The position numbers and the translations under genes are program-made. From the human T2T-CHM13v2.0 reference genome, Homo sapiens, in NCBI RefSeq assembly GCF_009914755.1, contig NC_060927.1: DNA of 64,000 bases; one strand, written 5' to 3'. Shown piece after piece: positions 55,250 to 64,000 of the stretch (positions are counted from its first letter, which is position 1; each line of letters opens with the position of its first letter). The notes beneath the pieces are model-generated. The model was not told the origin of the DNA. It ran no database searches and was given only the letters and a program-made list of their open reading frames with translations.

Positions 55250-55860
55250 TTTCAATTGTGTTCATATTCCTAACTTGTCTGAATTTTTGGATATTAAAGA
55301 TATCAAACTCTCATTTACTAATCTCTACATGTTAAGAGTATCCGGTGGTTCTACCTTGCCCCGCCCCACCCGTTTATATATTCCCAAATCTAACACCATC
55401 TGCATGGTAACTTCTCCCCAACCTATATCTTAAGACTTTACATCTTCCCAGAATCTCAGACTCATATATCCATCTCCACAAGACAAAAAGTCTAACAGAC
55501 ATCTCAGACGTCACCATACAAGGCAAACAAAACTCTTTATTTCTCCTCCCCACTCACCCCCTCCAAATTTAATTTTCTATCAACTACCAACACTTTAGTA
55601 AATGATATCATCTAATTTTCCATCAATTTCCAACACTTTAGTAAATGTTATCACCTCTCTAGTCAGTTGCCCAATGCCAAAAATCTAGGAATCTTTCTAG
55701 ATAAATCTTTTACCTCACTGCCCTGCAATCATCAACAAGTAGTTTTCTCTACCCTAAATCAAAAATATATCCGGTATCTGTTTAATTATCTTCATTTCCA
55801 CTACTCCTCTTCCCAGTCTAACCCCACTATCAACTCTCTCCTGAGGATGGCATTCCCAGT
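55250..55860 (+). mobile_element. L2 relic
   Basis: ctcagactcatatatcc, tctaacagacatctcagac, agtcagttgcccaatgccaaaaatctaggaatc. Confidence 0.7.
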
Positions 55861-55874
55861 CAGAAGCTGAAGAA

Positions 55875-57790
55875 ATTATTTGCACTGCTGATACACATTT
55901 GGACTGTTTCCAGTTTTGTTATCATAAACAATGTTCTTACACACAATTCTTGATGCAGATATGCAATAGTTTCCCTGTGTTCCTAGGGTATGGTCATATT
56001 CAATTTTCTTGTAATGCCAAGTTATTTCCAAAATGTTTGAACCAACTTTAACTCCTATCAGCAACGTAACAGAGCTCACGTTTCTTCACACGGTGGCAAA
56101 CTCACATTAATTGATTTTTGCCAATCTAGAGGTTATCATATGTTATCTGACAGGGATTTTATTTAAATTCTTCATACATATATGGCTATTGCATGGTTCC
56201 TTTACTACAAAATATAGGCCTTTTTCATGCCATTTTCATATTGATTCATAAGAATTCTTCATACCTCTTGGATGCTAAACTTTTTTTAGTTTTGTATATT
56301 ATCATCTTTTCTTAGACTGTGGTTTGTATTTTCACTCTGTTTACAGTATCTTCTCATAATAGTTTTTGATTTTGCAATAATTTAATTCTATATATATATT
56401 TTTTCCTTTTTGATATTTGAAATTATATTTTCTTCTAAAAGTTTTATAGTTTTGCTTTACACATTTAAGTTTTTAATTTAGGAGAATTTGGTATTGTTAG
56501 TAAGATGTGAGAAAATAATTCATTTTTGTTTTCCACCCAAATGAAAAATCAGTTGTCCTCTGCACCACTTAATGAAGATGCCATTCTTTCACCACTGATC
56601 TATAATTTCAGCTCTGTCATGTATTTGGTTTTCATGTAAGTTTGAGTCTATCTGTCTATCTGTTCTTCCCACTAGTCTATTTATCAAGTCATGAGCCATT
56701 ATCATATTACCTAGTTATATAAAATGTGCATGTTTTTTTTCAGAAATGTCTTGACTATTGTACCTTTTTTCTATTAAATACTTGAATGACCTGCCAAGTT
56801 ACTAAAAATAACAAATCAATGTAAAAATTTTGACTGAAAAATACACTGAATCTATAGATCAATTTGGGGAAAACCTAATAACTCTGTGACAATAAGTCTT
56901 CTCATCCATGATCATGGTGTGTCCTCTATATTTATTCAGGTCTTCTTAAATGTCTTCCAATGAAGTTTCATAACGTTCTCCACAAAAACTACCACATAGT
57001 TTACTGATTTATTGAAGGTTTACTCATATTTTTGTACTGTTATAAATGCTGTATCTTTATTGCTGGTATATTTGTAAGTGCGACTGATTTTGCACACGTT
57101 ATATAACAAGGAATATAGGTAAACTAAATTATTAAATTCTAATAATTTATGTGTAGATTTTTATTTCTAATTTTAAAGAGAAAACTTTTAACATTTTACA
57201 TTGAGAAGGATTTTAGTGTAATTCTTTTATAAATGTCCTTCTTCATATTAAAGAAGGTCTCCTCAATCCACAGTTTGTTAACAGTTATTTTATCACAAAC
57301 TTATGTGAATTTTTTTAATGTTTCCCCTACAACTACTGAAATGACTTTTCCACTTTGCTAATAAGCTAAATTACAAAAATAGATTTTCCCTAAGTACTAA
57401 CCTTGCATTCCCAGGATAAACAAAATTTGGTAAAATATGTTTATCTTTTTACCCATGCTGGATTCTGTTTACTAATATTTTATTTTTATCCATATTCATG
57501 AGCAAGAATGGACTGTACTTTTTCATAATGCTCTTGACTGATATTGTTACAAAGGTTATACCAGTCACGTAATATAAATTTGAAAACATTCCCTATTTTT
57601 CAATTCTCTGAAAGAATTTTCTCTTTATGTTTTCTAGAAATCATCTGTCCCCAAATTGGGATTGGTGTTTTCTGTCTGGGATTATAATTATTTATTCCAT
57701 TACATCAATGGTTATAGTATCACGCAGAAACTTATCTCTTCTTTTATATTTTAAAACTTGTGATACAACTGTATAAGTCATTGTATGTCC
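55875..57790 (-). mobile_element. L1ME-like ORF2/3' relic
   Basis: tttggactgtttccagttttg, tgaatctatagatcaatttggg, ccttgcattcccaggataaac. Confidence 0.8.
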
Positions 57791-57894
57791 GTTATAAAAA
57801 TCACTTAATCAAATAACCAACTTTTCTCATTTTTAAAATTTTCATACATACTTAATGGCTACATATCCATTTATGTAACCATAGTTTTTGATGT

Positions 57895-58009
57895 GTAAAA
57901 TATAACCTAGAAAGCAATGTGTATACACATTACCCATAATAAATGTTTACTATATTGTTTAACAAGTTTAGAAGTATGTATACACATTGCTTTCTAGGTT
58001 ATATTTTAC
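57895..58009. repeat. Perfect 33-bp inverted repeat, 49-nt spacer
   Basis: gtaaaatataacctagaaagcaatgtgtataca and its exact reverse complement. Confidence 0.97.
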
Positions 58010-58489
58010 TGAACTGAACTCTATTTCAATAATTCTTGTCTTTATAGAAATGTATCCACTACACCTTAGTTTTCCAATTCATAGTCATAAAAATGTTCAC
58101 ATAAGAGAATACTTGTATTGTCTTTTTAACCAGTTCATAATTCTGAATGGATTTTAGAAAGATATTTTAGAGGTTAAAAGACTCTCTCTAGAAATGTGAT
58201 TGAAATTAAACTTGATTAAAGAATTTATTTTAAAGACCTCACTATACCTTTTCATATGCAATACATTTTTAATCTGGAAAATCCAGAAATTTAGGAAAAC
58301 GTTTGTTTTTTTGCTTGTTTCCCATTAGCTGCTTTACTGTTGAGCTCTCATTGCTTCCATTATTTTTCAGTCAATTGTCTTAGGTTTTCAGTTAATTATT
58401 TTGTGTCTTTCGGTAATGCCATCTTTTTTTGGCTGATTAACATAAAATATTTACATATCATAAATGTTCATTTATTTTTGAATTAGTAT

Positions 58490-59201
58490 CTGTGAAAAAT
58501 TGATGGTATTAATGGCCCAATTACTCCCTTCCTAAACATATGACATTCAGGGTGTGACTTTCCAGCTTCTTCCATCAAAAGGTAGTGGCAACATAGTAAT
58601 ACTGAGTCTTCTAATCCATGAACATGAAATGTCTACTTATTTATAACTTTCCTTAATTTCTTCCAGTATTGTTTTATAGTTGTCAGTGTACTTCCTCTAC
58701 TTTTGGTGTTAAATGTATTCCTAAATATTTAGTTCTTTTAATGCTATCATGAATAGAATTTTTGCTTAAAATTATTATAGGATTGTTCACTGCTAGTATA
58801 CAAAAATACAATTTTTGCTACCTCTAACAATTTTGCTACCTCTAGCTGGCTTTGTTACTTGTCTTGGCCAAGAAAATGTGGCAGATCTGACAAGGTCACA
58901 GTACCAAGTCTAGATCTCATGAAATCCTGAAACCTGGCAGTTTGTTTACTTGGAAAGCTGACATCACCATGTAAACAAGTGATGGCTACCCTGCTGGAGG
59001 ATGAGACATGTAGCTTACTGAATCTCCAGACACAAGTGACACAATCTTAGATCATCCATTGCTTAGACACGTAAGCAAGCTCAGCTCAGAGTAAGAGAAT
59101 TACTCAACTTGCTCACTTTACCATTACCCATAATAAATGCTTACTATATTGTGTAACAAGTTTAGAAACAGTACGTCATACAAACCAAGTTAACTGATAC
59201 A
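58490..59201 (+). mobile_element. MLT1 (F/G-like) LTR with an antisense L1M fragment inserted (~58588-58820)
   Basis: gtattaatggccca...gtgtgactttccagcttcttccatcaaaaggt; ccctgctggaggatgagac; aataaatg...taactgataca end. Confidence 0.75.
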
Positions 59202-59302
59202 CTATCTATGAATAACATGAAATATTAATGCTTGGTAAATAAATGGCTACACAGCTCATTTTAATCACTGAGCTAGATATATGTCATCTGAAAACATGCA
59301 AA

Positions 59303-59600
59303 GGCTGGACGTGGCGGCTCACATCCATAATCCTAGCTTTTGGGGTGGCAGAGGCAAGAGGATTGTTGAGCCCAGGAATTCAAGACCAGACTGGGCAAAG
59401 TACTGAGACCCTGTCTCTACAAAAATAAATTTAAAAATTAGCCAGGCATGGTAGCACATACCTGAAGTCCCAGCTACTCCAGAGACTGAGAAAAGAAGAT
59501 CACTTGAGCCCAGAAGGTTGAGACTGCAGTGAACTGTGATCGCACCACTGTGCACAAGCCTGGGTGAGAGACACCCCATCTCAGAAAAAATAAAGAAAGG
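59303..59600 (+). mobile_element. AluJ
   Basis: Diverged dimeric Alu. Confidence 0.9.
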
Positions 59601-59746
59601 AAACACTTTCAAACAATATATCAAGGTGTAGTTCAAGAAATGATTCAAAACATAATATTAAAGTTGCAAAACTCTGTGATACATTTTTACTGAAAACTAT
59701 CTGATAAATGGAATAAACATGTTTGAACTTTAAAAATCAGAAAAGA

Positions 59747-59940
59747 GGTCAGTCATGGTAGTTAACACCAGTAATCCCAGCACTTTAGTAGTCCGACATG
59801 GATGGAGCCCAGGAATTTGAGACCAGCCTGGGCAACAGAGTGAGACCCCATCTCTACAAAAAAATTAAAAAATTAGCCAGGTATGCTGTTATGTACCTGT
59901 AGTCCTAGCTACTCAGGAGACGGAGGCAGGAAGATCACAC
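59747..59940 (+). mobile_element. AluJ 5' part (split by MER52)
   Basis: Ends ggaggcaggaagatcac and resumes at 61655. Confidence 0.9.
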
Positions 59941-61654
59941 TGATTTCAGCAGTGGCCTGTTTGGTGGGGCCACTGTGAAGATGCTGGGTGCAGTGGGGGA
60001 GGCGCTAGCTGGGGCTGCATGCTCTATGAACCTGCGGGAGCGAGGGACAGGCAGGGAGCCCCTCTTCCTATCAAGTAGGCAGGGCTGGAGCCCCACGCTC
60101 TGGGGCACAGCTATAGCCACACAGCTCCAGACCAAGGAATCCCTGTGCTCTTGGGGTCCCAGGAAGCCCCTTGTCCCTGCAGCTTTGAAAGTGCCTGATC
60201 CTGTGGCCTGGCCTCTCCCTGCTCCTGGTGTCCGCTCTCTGGAGTGAAGCAAAGCTGTGGCTGAGTCCGGGCACTATTACGACCCAGCTGGGTGTGCACA
60301 CACATAGGGCGGCACTGTCATGCCGGCCCCCTGCCACCTCAGTCCCTTCAGGACTTCGGGCACCAGCGAGCGCAGGAGAGAGGGTGATGAGCAGCTAAGG
60401 GTGGCTCAGCATGTGCCTGCAAGCACCCCTCAGCTCAAAAACCTGGGCGCCATGGATGACATGCTGATGGTGGCAGAAAGCAGACAGGCTCTCGGGCAGA
60501 AACAGGCAGCTCCCCAGTGAAGCCCCGCCTTAAAGCCAGGTATGGCCTGAAGCATGGGGGCCAGGCTGTCACTTCCAGGTGAAGCCCCTGCCAGGAGTGA
60601 CAACTTATGGTGCTTTTTCCAGCCTGCCCTTGGACGAACCAGCATGTACTTCCTCCCTTCTGAGCCCATAAAAACCCTGGACCCAGCCAGGACTACCAGC
60701 TACGGGAAGGAGTTACCCACCTTGGGTCTCCTCAATTCATGGTGACAAACTGCCTGTGGAAAGGAGCTACCCACTCCAGGTCTCACCTCTGCTAAGCGCT
60801 GGACATTCATTAGGACAACCTGCTTGCAGAAAGGAGCTACCCACTGCAGCTCTCCTCTCCACTGAGAGCTGGAGACTCATTGGGACTACCTGCCTTCAGA
60901 AAGGAGCTACCCAGTGAGGGTCTCCTCTCTGCTGAGAGCTGGACACTAATCAGGATGACCTGCCTACGGAAAGGAGCTACCCACTCAGGTCTCCCGAGAG
61001 CTGCCGTTACTCACTGAAGCTCCTCTCTGCCTTGCTCACCATCCAGTTGTCCGTGTACCTCATTCTTCCTGGATGCAGGACAAGAACTTGGGACCTGCCA
61101 AATGGCAAGACTAAAAGAGCTATAACACAAATGGCTTGAAACATGCTCCCCCACTGCTCACCACATTGTGGGCAATCAAAAGGAGAGAAGAGCTAGGGCC
61201 CTTCAGGGACCCTAGAGTCAGGGGCTCCCTGAACCAGGGTTGTGACAACCTCTTTGGGGTTCTGTGGTTCCTGCTTTCTCCAAGCTTCCGGGTGCCATCA
61301 TGTTCCCCTCGTCCAGATGTGGGTGCCCACAATGGAAGTCACGTGCAGTACATCTGATCAAGCCGCAGCTTTGCACAGAGCCAGCATCTGTACCGGCACC
61401 TAGGGCTGCCCGCCCCACCGAAGCAGCTGACGTGCCTGGCTGCGTGCAGTGGCCAGAACCCATACTTGCTCCACTCTGTGCCTGGCTCACCCTTGGAAGG
61501 CATGGGATTTGGGTGAGTAGCACGAGCCAAGCACAGCCTGCCAAGCCAAGTGGATGGAACAAGTCCAGCAGGCACAAGCAGTACTCAGGTAAAAGGCACC
61601 GCCTGCCACAGAGGTTTCCAGCTGGCAAAGCAACACCCCAAGTAGCCCATGACA
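59941..61654 (+). mobile_element. MER52-family ERV1 solo LTR (~1.7 kb)
   Basis: TG...CA termini, GC-rich, cccataaaaaccc TATA-like box, tandem aaggagctaccca repeats; ends match remembered MER52 consensus. Confidence 0.88.
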
Positions 61655-61733
61655 ACTTAAGCCTGTGAAGTAGAGGTTGCAGTGAGCCATGATCTGCCAC
61701 TGCACTCCAGCCTGGGCCACAGAGCGAGACCTG
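61655..61733 (+). mobile_element. AluJ 3' part (no A tail)
   Basis: acttaagcctgtgaagtagaggttgcagtgagcc...gagcgagacctgt. Confidence 0.88.
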
Positions 61734-61891
61734 TATAGCTTATCTTCACAGAGTATGTCCCAAATTATGCCTCTCACCTTTTTAAAACAAGATAGGAAAC
61801 ACTTATTTCAGAAAAATTAACAATGCCACTCTTCGTAAGAATAACTATGTAGAATAAATATGCTATAAGCCTTAAAAATGTATTGTATTAA

Positions 61892-62240
<349 letters not shown>

Positions 62241-64000
62241 TAAATTAAGATACAAAGAAAATGATCCTTAAATAAACGCCTTCAGAACACAATTGTCTGA
62301 GCATTGAAAGGTGTTTACTATGGAAAACAATGATCCAAAACTTAAACAAGAGTCATGTATTTTGATATCTGATAACATATACCAAAAGCTCTGTTCAAAT
62401 GTTCCCTATAACGTGTACCTTAAGGCATAGTTTAAAAGACAAAAAACTTCTTAAAGTCATTTAAAAATAAATAATATTAAGTGATTAATAATAAGGTACT
62501 GGATATAGAAAGGTAAACACAGAGACACTTATTAGCAAAGAAATAGGGAGAAATTAAAATAACCCTGCAATACTTTTGTGTATGCAATTTATCAAGAAAT
62601 GTTGAAAGAGAACAAAACAAATGTTGGCTCATTCTGGAGCTTCTTTGTCATCATTAATGTATTCAGGTTTTCACAGCTGAACTGCTATACTTTGAAAAGA
62701 TTTTCATGAAAGGAAATTCATATTCAATGTTTAAACAAAGCTGTCAGGTTACCAAGATTAAAATTCGTTTGAGTGTCCAGAAAATATTTTCTTAAAAAAT
62801 AAAAATAAAAACTAAGTTGGTCTTTATTTGCAAACAAAATAAAAGAAGGCTTTGTTTACCAGTGTGTATTTATTTTTGGAGCAAATATAGAGAAAGAATA
62901 ATTTTAAAGCAAAAGACGAACTATTTTATATGGCTATTTTTTCATTACTAGTTCTGTTTCTCAAATTGATACAAATGATCTCCTTCTGTTTCTGTCTGTC
63001 TGCTTGCCTTGTCAGTACAACTAATTGTCAGGATTGGGGAGATCTCCTATATCTAAACAGAAGACGTGCAGTTTGTAACCTGCTTAATTCGCCTTATGTC
63101 CTACATGCCCTCAGTATGGTGTTCATTAAAGTCTCAGATGTTTTGTTTGTATCAGTGGCAGCCTAAGCACAGGCTTATTTTTCTTTGTTAAAAGGCCAGA
63201 TTGTGCATAAATATACACCTAATCTATGTGAATGTGTGTATATGTGTGTTTAAATGGCAAAAAATTACCATGCATGTAAATACTTCTTAGTGTTTCCATC
63301 GCTTGCTCTCACACCCGAACTTCGACTATTGCCTAGATGTAAGAACAGCACCCCTCAGGCTTTACAGAGAACTTTAATATAACAGCCATCTCTAAAATTA
63401 GATAAACCATATAAGAACTGCAAGTTGTTATAAATGAATTCTATGGAATGCCATTAAAAACCATTCTTAAACCACCCCCCACCCCACCCCATACTTCCTC
63501 CCCTAAAAAAGTTCCTAGTAGACTAAATTTCTATTCCTAATTGCTTCCATAAATTTCTACAGAAGGTCTAAATGAAACCTATTTATATTTGCCTTGGCAA
63601 TAGCAAATGGCTCAAATCAATTACTTTTTAGGGGTGGGCTTGAGAAGAAAACTCAAAACTTTGCATTTAAGTGGTCAATCCATAACCAAAATTTCTACTC
63701 AGCTTTGGTCCATGTTTAAGTAGACTATACTATTACACTAAGTTTTTTAATGTACCACATAAATAAATCTTATTGATATGTATGCAATAATTACAAAACT
63801 CACAATTGAACTGTATATTATTAAAAGTGTTCACATTTATCAAATTAATCAGAATCAAATCATTAAAAGAAGAAGGTATAGAAATGTGTTAGATATTTAC
63901 TGCATTTTTGGGTGAAATTTAACAAGACAAAAGATTTGTTAATAAGTTACTTGTGATGTTAATTTTAACACACAATTAATTAAATATACATAAAGGACTA

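Noticed and set aside
60700-60990. Regularly spaced repeats resembling a CRISPR-like array
   Set aside because: The 'spacers' are themselves similar; this is the internal tandem repeat of the LTR in eukaryotic DNA
59935-61777. Cluster of 60-160 aa ORFs on both strands
   Set aside because: Expected in a GC-rich MER52 LTR; no gag/pol/env motifs
62930-63166. 78-aa ORF with hydrophobic N-terminus (signal-peptide-like)
   Set aside because: Hydrophobicity follows from T-rich composition; opposite to the inferred host strand; no promoter or homology support

Overview
This is AT-rich, CpG-poor primate (human-like) genomic DNA, largely built from recognisable transposable elements. It contains about 20 Alu/FLAM copies, several L1s, L2/MIR relics, a full LTR-int-LTR THE1 element, solo THE1, MST, MLT1, ERV1 and MER52 LTRs, and Tigger1, MER44A, MER1B, MER96B and MER58 DNA transposons. 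There is one clear processed pseudogene of RPL31 (45312-45760, +). I cannot support any intact protein-coding exon; most ORFs in the track are Alu, L1, LTR or microsatellite read-throughs. The + strand looks A-rich by eye, and the younger long L1s and the retrocopy lie on +, which suggests (inference only) a long intron of a minus-strand gene that I cannot name. I do not see a new gene system. The most striking unexplained structure is a set of local templated-insertion and template-switch scars. One is a perfect 55-bp copy plus iterative junction repeats at 14689-14800. Another is a 33-bp perfect inverted repeat whose loop is copied from 1.2 kb away at 57895-58009; smaller cases also occur. 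Other leads are a 23-bp hairpin, a candidate recursive splice site with an RS-exon, an ORF1-only internally deleted L1, and a perfect NRF2/MAF site. Repeat subfamily names come from remembered consensus sequences, and boundaries of old repeats are approximate.
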